A DNA stretch of 64,000 nt from Clostridia bacterium (lineage in GTDB: Bacteria; Bacillota; Clostridia; Oscillospirales; Acutalibacteraceae): positions 5,006 through 69,005 of the forward strand of contig JAFQFZ010000039.1 of NCBI GenBank assembly GCA_017398425.1, in the 5' to 3' direction. How positions within the stretch are numbered: position 1 is the first letter of the stretch; each line of letters starts with the position of its first letter. Below the pieces are notes generated by a model that saw only the letters and a list, made by a program, of their open reading frames with translations, ran no database searches and was not told where the DNA came from. Positions 27,352-35,408 of this stretch are shown one piece after another. Made by a program: the position numbers and the translations under genes.

Positions 27352-27532
27352 GACAGTGAAATCACTCGCGTTCGCTCGTGGTGAAATCGAAACCTGACGG
27401 TTTCGGTGAAATTTTCTGCTACGCAGAAAGTGAAATTAAATCCACCCATCCGGCGTCGAGCCGGATTTCATCCCCGTAGGGGATTTCATCGTCGAAGACG
27501 ATTTAATCCACCCGACAGGGTGGATTTAACTG
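27352..27532. repeat. Array of seven or eight short perfect hairpins separated by a constant 7-nt A/T-rich spacer (GTGAAAT(C/T) in the left half, ATTT(C/A)A(T/C) in the right half)
   Basis: Read directly: GTGAAATC[gaaacc-tgac-ggtttc]G GTGAAATT[ttctgc-tac-gcagaa]A GTGAAATTaaatccacccat[ccggc-gtcga-gccgg]ATTTCAT[cccc-gta-gggg]ATTTCAT[cgtc-gaa-gacg]ATTTAAT[ccaccc-gaca-gggtgg]ATTTAAC. Confidence 0.7.
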
Positions 27533-27565
27533 AAAAAGACGATTGCTTTCGCAATCGTCTTTTTC
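27533..27565. terminator. Bidirectional terminator-like hairpin
   Basis: gaaaaagacgattgc-tttc-gcaatcgtcttttt. Confidence 0.7.
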
Positions 27566-27566
27566 T

Positions 27567-27587
27567 TGGCAGGGGCAGAAGGACTCG
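27567..27587 (-). repeat. 21-nt exact copy of the tRNA-Trp 3' end (T-loop to CCA): att-like direct repeat / tRNA fragment
   Basis: tggcaggggcagaaggactcg at 27567-27587 is identical to 27785-27805, the 3' end of tRNA-Trp. Confidence 0.85.
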
Positions 27588-27749
27588 TCCGTTTGCGGTG
27601 CCCGAAATTCGCTGTTCTCGCTCACGCTCGGCGAATTTCGACCGCGGCACACACTTATGCCTCGCTGTATCGTCCGCAGGACGCGCTCGGCAACGTGTCC
27701 CTCAGCACGCTCCGCGTGCCTCGGGTTCGAAGCACTTTACCGATACGAA

Positions 27750-27784
27750 AACAAAAAGCACACCGCATGGTGTGCTTTTTGTTT
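27750..27784 (-). terminator. Terminator after the tRNA operon
   Basis: gcacacc-gcat-ggtgtgc hairpin, followed on the minus strand by tttttgtttt. Confidence 0.8.
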
Positions 27785-27860
27785 TGGCAGGGGCAGAAGG
27801 ACTCGAACCCTCGGCACGCGGTTTTGGAGACCGCTGCTCTACCAACTGAGCTATGCCCCT
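27785..27860 (-). tRNA. trnW: tRNA-Trp (anticodon CCA), CCA-encoded
   Basis: The reverse complement aggggcatagctcagttggtagagcagcggtCTCCAAAaccgcgtgccgagggttcgagtccttctgcccctgcca folds as a cloverleaf with a CT-CCA-AA anticodon loop. Confidence 0.95.
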
Positions 27861-27919
27861 ATATTCGATTTCGGAGAAGGCGGAAGACCGAGGGCTCGGT
27901 CTTCCGCGGCTTCACCGTT

Positions 27920-27996
27920 TGGTGGGCCTTCAGGGACTCGAACCCGGGACCGACCGGTTATGAGCCGGTGGCTCTAACCAACTGAGCTAAAGGCCC
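27920..27996 (-). tRNA. tRNA with CAT anticodon (elongator Met or lysidine-type Ile2; not initiator)
   Basis: The reverse complement gggcctttagctcagttggttagagccaccggCTCATAAccggtcggtcccgggttcgagtccctgaaggcccacca forms a cloverleaf with one T-stem mismatch. The G1-C72 pair argues against an initiator. Confidence 0.85.
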
Positions 27997-28039
27997 GTTT
28001 TCTCCGTTTTGCGCTCGTTTCCAAGCGGGAACAAGAAAC

Positions 28040-28068
28040 ATTTTACCATAAAAGCGCAGGATGTCAAG
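28040..28068 (-). promoter_or_regulatory. Promoter of the tRNA operon (extended -10)
   Basis: The minus strand reads TTGACA, 16 nt ending in TGg, then TAAAAT. Confidence 0.65.
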
Positions 28069-28172
28069 ATGTTTTTTTGTTTCTTTGAAAGAAACTTTCA
28101 TGGGGTGGTGTATTTTTCGGAACATGCGGGCATACTTCCGATAACCACCGAATCGAGAAAGGAGAAAAACCG

Positions 28173-28607
28173 ATGATCGAACAAGATACCATCCGCCTGC
28201 TTCGCGAGTGCGATGCGGGGGTAAAAATGGGTACGGCGTCCATCGACGACGTTCTGCCTCACGTCAAGTCCGAGACGCTCAAGACTCGTCTCAAAGACTG
28301 CAAGCAACAACACAACAAGCTCCAAGACGAGATCCAAATCGAACTCGACCGCTACGGCGACGAGGGCAAAGCGCCCAATCCCATGGCCAAGGGGATGTCG
28401 TGGGTCAAAACCAACGTCATGCTCGCGATGGACGAATCCGACAGCACCATCGCCGATCTGATGACCGACGGGTGCAACATGGGGGTCAAATCCCTCAATC
28501 AATATCTCAACGAGTATGAAGCCGCCGATGAGCGATCCAAAGACATCACCAAACGCCTCATTCAACTCGAAGAACGCCTTGCCGTAGATATCCGCGATTT
28601 TCTTTGA
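28173..28607 (+). CDS. Small all-helical hypothetical protein (four-helix-bundle-like)
   Basis: RBS AAAGGAG. Coding-like composition. I recognise no family signature. Confidence 0.6.
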   Translation: MIEQDTIRLLRECDAGVKMGTASIDDVLPHVKSETLKTRLKDCKQQHNKLQDEIQIELDRYGDEGKAPNPMAKGMSWVKTNVMLAMDESDSTIADLMTDGCNMGVKSLNQYLNEYEAADERSKDITKRLIQLEERLAVDIRDFL

Positions 28608-28610
28608 CCT

Positions 28611-28643
28611 TGGAGCCGTATGCGCCTTGCGTGCATACGGCTT
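28611..28643 (+). terminator. Terminator
   Basis: gccgtatgc-gccttgcgt-gcatacggc followed by tttt. Confidence 0.65.
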
Positions 28644-28688
28644 TTGTGATATGATAGGGTATACTTTTATACAAGAGAGGGTGGCGGC

Positions 28689-31172
28689 ATGGAACGCTTT
28701 GCATGGGAGGTGCGCCCGAAGGCGCACAAGGATGCGATCGTCACGATCGGCGCGGCGCGGTTCACGGTGTTGACCGATCGTCTGCTCCGCTTGGAATACG
28801 ATGCACGCGGTGTGTTTGAAGACCGCGCGAGTCAGGCGGTGTTTTACCGCGATTTTCCCGCCGTGGAGTTTACTGTAACACAGCAAGACGGCGTCTTGAC
28901 GCTCGACACAGGCGCACTCGCGCTGACCTATCGTCTCGGCACACCGTTTTCCGAAGAGACGCTGTCGATCGCCTTACATACCGAACCCGCAAGCACCTGG
29001 CACTTCGGCGAAGAATTTGAAGATCTCGGCGGCACGGTACGTACGCTCGACGGCGTCGACGGGGCGATCCCGCTTGGGCGCGGCGTATGCTCGCGTTTTG
29101 GTATCGCGGTGATCGATGACAGTCGCTCGATGCTCCTCGGCGAAGACGGCTGGGTGGAGGTGCGTTCCTCCGATACCCGCGACGTTTACGTCTTCGGCTA
29201 CGGCTACGACTATCGCGGCGCGGTCGCGGATTTCATGCGCCTGACGGGCGAGCCGCCGCTGTTGCCGTCGTATGCGCTGGGCAACTGGTGGAGTCGGTAT
29301 CACCGCTACACCCAGCAAGAATACATCGACCTGATGGAACGCTTCAAGCAAGAAGCAATTCCGTTTTCGGTGGCGGTCGTCGATATGGACTGGCACATCA
29401 CCGAGATCCCCGAATCTCTTCAAGAAACGGAAGAACGCGTCCGTGACGGTTGGACAGGCTACACGTGGAATGAGGAGTTGTTCCCCGATTACAAAGCCTT
29501 TCTTCGCTATTTGCATGACAGCCGACTCAAAACCGCTTTGAACCTGCATCCGCACGCGGGCATTCGCCGTCACGAAGCGATGTACGAAGACATGGCTCGG
29601 GCTTGCGGCATCGATCCGAACAGCGGTGAGCGTGTGCGGTTCGACATCCTCTCCAAGACTTTTATGGCGCACTATTTCGACATCGTGCACCACCCCTACG
29701 AAGAGGACGGGGTCGACTTCTGGTGGATGGACTGGCAACAGGGCACGGACTATTTCTGGATCCATGAACCGAACAAGGACGGTCAGCTTCGCGATGAGCG
29801 CGAAGTGCTCGATCCCTTGTGGATGCTCAACCATTTGCACATTCTCGATATTTCCCGCGGCGGCAAACGCCCGATGTTTTTCTCGCGGTACAGCGGACCG
29901 GGCAGTCAGCGGTATCCCGTCGGCTTTTCGGGCGATACCTTTGTGTCGTGGGAATCCTTGAAATTCCAGCCGTATTTCACCGCCACGGCGTCGAACATCG
30001 GCTATCCGTGGTGGAGCCACGACATCGGCGGTCACATGTTCGGCTATCGCGACGACGAGCTGACGCTTCGCTGGATGCAACTGGGTGTCTTTTCGCCCAT
30101 CAACCGCCTGCACAGCACCGCCAATGAGTATCAACGCAAAGAGCCGTGGTGCTATGGGGATGAGGTCGCGCCGATCATGGGGGATTGGCTTCGTCTGCGC
30201 CACCGTTTGTTCCCGTATCTTTATACCATGAATCATCGCACGCACACGGCGTGTGAGCCGCTCGTGCAACCGATGTACTATTCGCATCCGAAATGCAGTG
30301 CGGCGTATGAAGTGCCGAATCAGTATTGGTTCGGAAGCGAATTGATGGTCGCCGCGATCACCGCGCCGCGCAGTCCGATCAGCCGTCTGTCGCGCACCGA
30401 AGCGTGGCTGCCGAAAGGCGATTGGTTCGACTTCGAAAACGGACTGCACTATGCGTCGCGTTGCGGTCGAAAAACGATCCTCAACCGCGCGCTTTCGTCC
30501 TATCCCGTCCTTGCCAAAGCGGGTGCGATCGTGCCGACGGCGGTGTTTGAGGACAACCGCCTCGAAAGCGCAAAGACGCTTGAAATTTTGGTGTTCCCGG
30601 GAGCGGACAACACCTTCACGCTCTACGAAGACGGCGGCGACGGACAGGACTACCGCGACGGTGCGTTTGCCACCACCGCCATGCACTTGGCATACGGCGA
30701 CGAAGCGGTCTTCACGATCGATGCCGCCAAAGGCGACCTCTCACTGTTGCCGCAAACGCGGCGGTACCTTTTGAAATTCCGCGGCTTCCACCGCGACGTG
30801 CAAGCAGCGATGACGGTGGACGGCGATCCCGTTTCGACGACCGCCTCCTACGACCGCGCGACCAACACGCTGTGCCTTGCGGCGGAAGCTTCGCCCGCGC
30901 AGACGGTGCAGGTGACGCTTACGGGCGCTTGCTTGATGCACGATAACGCCGACGTGACCGAACGCCTGCTCGACGTGATCCAAAAATCGCAGATGCAGAT
31001 CGCCTGGAAATGCGAGTTGCACGATGCGATGACGGGGGAGGACGCGATCCATCGCAAGCTGATGCGTGCGTCTGCCCTCGGCTACGGATGCGACGCGGTG
31101 CGCGATGCACTCAAAGAACTGCTCACCCTCACGGAAGACGAATACGAAGGCGACCAATCCACGTGGTTGTAA
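28689..31172 (+). CDS. Glycoside hydrolase family 31 (alpha-glucosidase/alpha-xylosidase-like)
   Basis: GH31 blocks SVAVVDMDWH, GVDFWWMDWQQG and RYSGPGSQRYPVGFSGD. No signal peptide. Confidence 0.8.
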   Translation: MERFAWEVRPKAHKDAIVTIGAARFTVLTDRLLRLEYDARGVFEDRASQAVFYRDFPAVEFTVTQQDGVLTLDTGALALTYRLGTPFSEETLSIALHTEPASTWHFGEEFEDLGGTVRTLDGVDGAIPLGRGVCSRFGIAVIDDSRSMLLGEDGWVEVRSSDTRDVYVFGYGYDYRGAVADFMRLTGEPPLLPSYALGNWWSRYHRYTQQEYIDLMERFKQEAIPFSVAVVDMDWHITEIPESLQETEERVRDGWTGYTWNEELFPDYKAFLRYLHDSRLKTALNLHPHAGIRRHEAMYEDMARACGIDPNSGERVRFDILSKTFMAHYFDIVHHPYEEDGVDFWWMDWQQGTDYFWIHEPNKDGQLRDEREVLDPLWMLNHLHILDISRGGKRPMFFSRYSGPGSQRYPVGFSGDTFVSWESLKFQPYFTATASNIGYPWWSHDIGGHMFGYRDDELTLRWMQLGVFSPINRLHSTANEYQRKEPWCYGDEVAPIMGDWLRLRHRLFPYLYTMNHRTHTACEPLVQPMYYSHPKCSAAYEVPNQYWFGSELMVAAITAPRSPISRLSRTEAWLPKGDWFDFENGLHYASRCGRKTILNRALSSYPVLAKAGAIVPTAVFEDNRLESAKTLEILVFPGADNTFTLYEDGGDGQDYRDGAFATTAMHLAYGDEAVFTIDAAKGDLSLLPQTRRYLLKFRGFHRDVQAAMTVDGDPVSTTASYDRATNTLCLAAEASPAQTVQVTLTGACLMHDNADVTERLLDVIQKSQMQIAWKCELHDAMTGEDAIHRKLMRASALGYGCDAVRDALKELLTLTEDEYEGDQSTWL

Positions 31173-31186
31173 AGGAGTAACGGAAT

Positions 31187-32134
31187 ATGAAGATTGTGAT
31201 AACCGATTGGAAAACGGTTACGGACGGTGACCTGTCGCTCGACAGCCTCCAAGCGATCGGCGAGGTGACGGCGTATCCGCTCACAAAACCCGAAGAAATC
31301 GTCGAGCGCATCTGCGACGCAGACGTCGTGCTGTGCAACAAAACACCGCTCACGGCGGAGGTGCTGAAAGACGCGCCGCACCTGCGCTACATCGGTCTGT
31401 TTGCGACCGGCTACAACAACATCGATCTGGCGTATACGAACGCCCACGGCATCACCGTGTGCAACGCGGGCGGCTATTCGACCGACGCGGTGGCGCAACA
31501 CACCTTTGCCATGTTGCTCAGTCTTGCCAGCCGCACCGAAGAGTATCGCCGCTTCACCGCCGAAGGACATTGGATCGGGAGCGACGTGTTTTCGCCGTTT
31601 TGCTACCCGATGTTTGAACTCAGCGGACTGACGCTCGGCATCGTCGGCTACGGCAACATCGGCAAAGCGGTTGCGAAGATCGCCAACGCCTTTGGCATGA
31701 AGGTGCTTTGCTACACGCGCACCAAGCGGGCCGATGCGGAGGTGGAGTTCGTCGACTTTGACGACCTGCTCGCCCGTGCCGACATCGTGTCGGCGCATTG
31801 CCCTTTGAATCCGCAGTCGGAGCGACTCTTTAACGCCGACGCGTTTTCGAAGATGAAGGACGGCGCGATCTTCCTCAACACGTCGCGCGGCGGCGTGGTG
31901 GACGAAGCGGCGCTCAAAGCGGCGCTCGAAAACGGCAAGCTCCGTGCGGCGGGACTCGACGTGTTGCAAACGGAGCCGATGGCGGCGGATTGTCCGCTTT
32001 TCGGTGTGGAAAATTGCCTCATCACGCCGCATGTGGCGTGGGCACCTCTCCAAACCCGACAGCGCCTTTTGGCACTTGTTTGCGACAATTTGCGCGCGTT
32101 TTTGGACGGAACGCCGCAAAATGTGGTGAAATAA
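31187..32134 (+). CDS. D-isomer-specific 2-hydroxyacid dehydrogenase (glycerate dehydrogenase-like)
   Basis: NAD-binding GIVGYGNIGKAVAKIA. Catalytic region FLNTSRGGVVDE...ITPHVAWA. Confidence 0.85.
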   Translation: MKIVITDWKTVTDGDLSLDSLQAIGEVTAYPLTKPEEIVERICDADVVLCNKTPLTAEVLKDAPHLRYIGLFATGYNNIDLAYTNAHGITVCNAGGYSTDAVAQHTFAMLLSLASRTEEYRRFTAEGHWIGSDVFSPFCYPMFELSGLTLGIVGYGNIGKAVAKIANAFGMKVLCYTRTKRADAEVEFVDFDDLLARADIVSAHCPLNPQSERLFNADAFSKMKDGAIFLNTSRGGVVDEAALKAALENGKLRAAGLDVLQTEPMAADCPLFGVENCLITPHVAWAPLQTRQRLLALVCDNLRAFLDGTPQNVVK

Positions 32135-32219
32135 TGCAAAAACCACTTGCGTGAACGAGGCTTTCCTTGTACAATAGAGACAGACCTTGAATAAAAACGG
32201 AAAAAGGAGTTGCGATTTC

Positions 32220-34397
32220 ATGGGTATTACCTTTGACAAATCCACACAATTCTTTCATCTGACCACGAAAAATACCAGCTATCTGTTCGGTATTTTTGAC
32301 AACAACTACCTCTACAGTCCGTACTACGGTCGTCGCCTGCGTGAGGGAACCGATCTCAAGCGCTTGTGGCAAAAATATCCGTCGGGCTTTTCTCCGAACT
32401 ACGAAGGCGCGCCGTCGGTAGACTATGCGCTCGATCTGATCCCCACCGAGTATCCTGCGTACGGCGGCGGCGACTATCGTAATCCCGCTGTGGGTGTGCA
32501 CTTTGAGGACGGCAGCCGCATCATCGACCCGAAGTTCGTGTCCTACACCATCACCGACGGCAACGAAGAACTCAAAGGTCTTCCGAGCCTGTCTGGCGGT
32601 GACCAAACGCTGGAAGTGCTCCTGCGCGACGAGCCGTCGGGCGTGGAGATCGTGCTCCACTATGTGATTTTCGAAGACATCGACATCATCGCCCGCAGTG
32701 CCCGCATCATCAACGGCACGAATGAGGCGATCCGGGTGACCCGTGCGCTCAGTATGAGCATGGATCTTCCCATCGCGGATTACGATATGATCGGTCTGTA
32801 CGGCACCCACATTCGTGAGCGCCAGATCGACCGTTCGCCGCTTCGTCACGGCATCCAGTCGGTGGGTAGCCGCCGCGGCACCTCGTCGCATCATCACAAC
32901 CCGTTCATCTCCTTCGTCTCCAAAACGACGACCGAAGAGCAGGGCGATGCCTACGGTTGCGCGCTGATCTACAGCGGCAACTGGATCGGCGTTGCCGAGG
33001 TCGATCCGTTCGGCGGTGCGCGTGTGCAGATGGGCATCCATCCGGCGGACTTCTCTTGGAAGCTGAATCCCGGCGAGGAGTTCGTCACCCCCGAAGCGGT
33101 CATCACCTATACCCACAACGGCATGAACCGTATGTCGCAAAACTTCCACGACGCGTTCCGCTATCATCTGGGTCACACCAAGAATCGCAACAAGCGTCGT
33201 CCCATCGTTGTCAACAACTGGGAAGCGACCTACTTTGATTTTGATGAAGAGAAGCTCCTTGGTATCATCGAGAGCTGCAAGGGTCTCGGCATCGACACCT
33301 TCGTCCTCGACGACGGTTGGTTCGGTCATCGCGACACCGACAACAGCTCGCTGGGTGATTGGTTTGTCCACACCGGCAAGCTCCCCAACGGCTTGACCCC
33401 GCTCATCGAGAAGTGCGAAGAGCAGGGCATGACCTTCGGCCTCTGGTTCGAACCGGAGATGATCTCCGAGGACAGCGAGCTGTACCGCGCGCATCCCGAT
33501 TGGGCGCTCAAGAAGAACGGTCGTCCGTTCTGCCGCGGTCGTCAGCAGCTCATCCTCGACCTCTCGCGTGAGGACGTTCTCGAATACCTGCAAGAGACGG
33601 TCGGCGGCGTTCTGCGCAACAACCGCATTTCCTATGTGAAATGGGATATGAACCGCCACTTCACCGAAGCCTATTCCGAGGCGCTTCCGCCCGATCAGCA
33701 GGGCGAAGTGTTCCACCGCTTTGTGCTCAACCTCTATCGCTTCATGGCGTACCTCAACGAGAACTTCCCCGATCTGGTGATCGAGGGTTGCTCGGGCGGC
33801 GGCGGACGTTTCGACGCCGGCGTGCTGTACTATCAGCCGCAGATCTGGACGTCGGATGACTCCGATGCCATCGAGCGCCTTAAGATCCAATACGGCACGT
33901 CGATGTGCTATCCGCCGCAGGCGATGACGGCGCACCTTTCGGCGTCCCCGAACCATCAGATGAACCGCGTCACGCCCTACAACACGCGTGCTCTGGTGGC
34001 GCAGAGCGCGTCGTTCGGCTATGAGCTGAACCCCTTGCACCTCACCGACGAGGAGCGCGCTCAGATCAAGACACAGACCGACCGTTATCGCGAGGTCAGC
34101 GATATGATCCTCAAGGGCGACTTCTACCGTCTCATCAACCCGTTCAACACCAACGCTTGCGCGTGGATGTTCGTCCTGCCCGATAAGAGCAAGGCGTATG
34201 CGGTGTATGTCCGTCAGCTCAACCTGCCGGCGGATCCGGTCAAGGTGTTGAAGTTCCAGGGTCTGGATCCCGAGGCTGTCTACCACATCGACGAGCTGGA
34301 TGCCGACTTCGGCGGCGACGAGCTGATGTATGCCGGTGTTGCTTTGAAGCATCTGTGGGATTTTGAAGCGACCAGCTTCACGCTCACGAAGAAATAA
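32220..34397 (+). CDS. Alpha-galactosidase, GH36
   Basis: Start at the ATG at 32220, 10 nt after AAGGAG. GH36 blocks YVKWDMNR, EGCSGGGGRFD and WTSDDSDAIERLKIQYGTS. Confidence 0.9.
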   Translation: MGITFDKSTQFFHLTTKNTSYLFGIFDNNYLYSPYYGRRLREGTDLKRLWQKYPSGFSPNYEGAPSVDYALDLIPTEYPAYGGGDYRNPAVGVHFEDGSRIIDPKFVSYTITDGNEELKGLPSLSGGDQTLEVLLRDEPSGVEIVLHYVIFEDIDIIARSARIINGTNEAIRVTRALSMSMDLPIADYDMIGLYGTHIRERQIDRSPLRHGIQSVGSRRGTSSHHHNPFISFVSKTTTEEQGDAYGCALIYSGNWIGVAEVDPFGGARVQMGIHPADFSWKLNPGEEFVTPEAVITYTHNGMNRMSQNFHDAFRYHLGHTKNRNKRRPIVVNNWEATYFDFDEEKLLGIIESCKGLGIDTFVLDDGWFGHRDTDNSSLGDWFVHTGKLPNGLTPLIEKCEEQGMTFGLWFEPEMISEDSELYRAHPDWALKKNGRPFCRGRQQLILDLSREDVLEYLQETVGGVLRNNRISYVKWDMNRHFTEAYSEALPPDQQGEVFHRFVLNLYRFMAYLNENFPDLVIEGCSGGGGRFDAGVLYYQPQIWTSDDSDAIERLKIQYGTSMCYPPQAMTAHLSASPNHQMNRVTPYNTRALVAQSASFGYELNPLHLTDEERAQIKTQTDRYREVSDMILKGDFYRLINPFNTNACAWMFVLPDKSKAYAVYVRQLNLPADPVKVLKFQGLDPEAVYHIDELDADFGGDELMYAGVALKHLWDFEATSFTLTKK

Positions 34398-34408
34398 TAC
34401 CTACCCCT

Positions 34409-34442
34409 ATAGGGCTGTCGGTTTTCGACAGCCCTATCTTTC
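34409..34442 (+). terminator. Terminator
   Basis: atagggctgtcg-gttt-tcgacagccctat followed by cttt. Confidence 0.7.
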
Positions 34443-34460
34443 GGAAAAAGGATCGATAAT

Positions 34461-35345
34461 ATGCAAGGATGGATCGTTTACAACGGCTTTTGGAACAAAG
34501 AGGAACCGCCGTTTGCCGTCAAGTCGCTTGTGCAAGCGGGTGAAAAAGAGGGCGTCACCCTCAAAGCCGTCCCCAACACCGCCGTTTACGCGCACCTGAC
34601 GAGCGACGCGGCGCTCACCGAAGAGCGCCCGCCTTTTGCGCTTTTTTGGGACAAGGATGTGCGTTTGGCGCGCGCGATGGAAGCGACGGGAATGCGGCTG
34701 TATAACACCGCGTCCGCTGTTGCGGTGTGCGATGACAAGTCCGCCACCCAGCTCGCTTTGTGCGGTCACGGCATTCCGATGCCCGAGACCTTCGTCGCCC
34801 CGATGACCTATGTGGCGTACGACGAGGCGGGGGAGCGCTTTCTGCAAACTGCCGAGCAACAGCTTGGCTATCCGCTCATCGTCAAGGAGTGCTTCGGCTC
34901 GCTCGGCGGTCAGGTGTATTTGGCGAAAACCCCCGAAGAGCTTCGTTCTTTGGCGGCATCGATGGCGGCGCGCCCCTTTGTATTGCAGCGGTTTATCGCC
35001 GCATCGAAGGGCATGGATCGCCGATTGTACGTCGTCGGCGACGAGGTGGTCGCTGCGATGACCCGTCAAAACGACACCGATTTTCGCGCGAACGTCGGGT
35101 CGGGCGGACACGGCACACCGTACACGCCCACCCCCGAAGAAACGGCACTTGCGTTGCGTTGTGCGAAGATCCTCGGTTGCGGCGTGGCGGGCGTCGATCT
35201 GTTGTATGAAACGGACGGATCGCCCTTTGTGTGTGAGGTCAATTCCTCCGCACAAACCAAAGAGCTGTCGGCGTGCACGGGTGTCGACGTCGACCGCGCG
35301 ATCGTGCGGTACGTTAAGCGTTGCGAAGCGGCGGTTGGATATTGA
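34461..35345 (+). CDS. RimK-type ATP-grasp ligase
   Basis: ATP-grasp pattern YPLIVKECFGSLGGQVYLAKT...RLYVVGDEVVAAMTR...DFRANVGSGG...GVDLLYETDGSPFVCEVNSS. Confidence 0.75.
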   Translation: MQGWIVYNGFWNKEEPPFAVKSLVQAGEKEGVTLKAVPNTAVYAHLTSDAALTEERPPFALFWDKDVRLARAMEATGMRLYNTASAVAVCDDKSATQLALCGHGIPMPETFVAPMTYVAYDEAGERFLQTAEQQLGYPLIVKECFGSLGGQVYLAKTPEELRSLAASMAARPFVLQRFIAASKGMDRRLYVVGDEVVAAMTRQNDTDFRANVGSGGHGTPYTPTPEETALALRCAKILGCGVAGVDLLYETDGSPFVCEVNSSAQTKELSACTGVDVDRAIVRYVKRCEAAVGY

Positions 35346-35408
35346 CAACCGTCCCTTCATGCACTATACTGTATAGCGGCAAAAATGAGTAAGGAAGTTG
35401 AAAAGCAT

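Noticed and set aside
27352-27566. Possible CRISPR array
   Set aside because: The constant unit is only 7 nt, and the variable units are self-complementary hairpins of 11-20 nt. A CRISPR array would have 25-40-nt repeats with unique spacers. There are no cas genes in the window.
26874-27985. ORFs of 139-191 aa inside the 26.7-28.0 kb region (26874-27449 minus; 27406-27849, 27543-27977 and 27566-27985 plus)
   Set aside because: They overlap tRNA genes, terminators and the hairpin array. They have no RBS and implausible Arg/Cys-rich sequences. The region is treated as non-coding.
27920-27996. Initiator tRNA-fMet
   Set aside because: Positions 1-72 form a normal G-C pair, and the anticodon stem lacks the three consecutive G-C pairs of bacterial initiators. 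It is called elongator Met or Ile2(CAT).
26685-28100. Intact prophage or genomic island at tRNA-Trp
   Set aside because: Only an att-like repeat and tRNA fragments remain. There is no integrase, excisionase or phage gene anywhere nearby.
28098-28886. 262-aa minus-strand ORF
   Set aside because: It overlaps the small helical protein gene, its terminator and the GH31 start in antisense. It has no RBS and a low-complexity translation.
32022-34352. 776-aa minus-strand ORF, and similar long antisense ORFs (35364-37193, 37679-39517, 42949-44373, 45374-46564, 46491-47945, 56059-57978, 58416-59618, 28974-30686, 7558-9279, 10400-12085)
   Set aside because: Each lies opposite a gene with clear family signatures (GH36, typA, comEC, metK, gdhA, addB, rmuC, GH31 and others). 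All are GC-driven open shadow frames.
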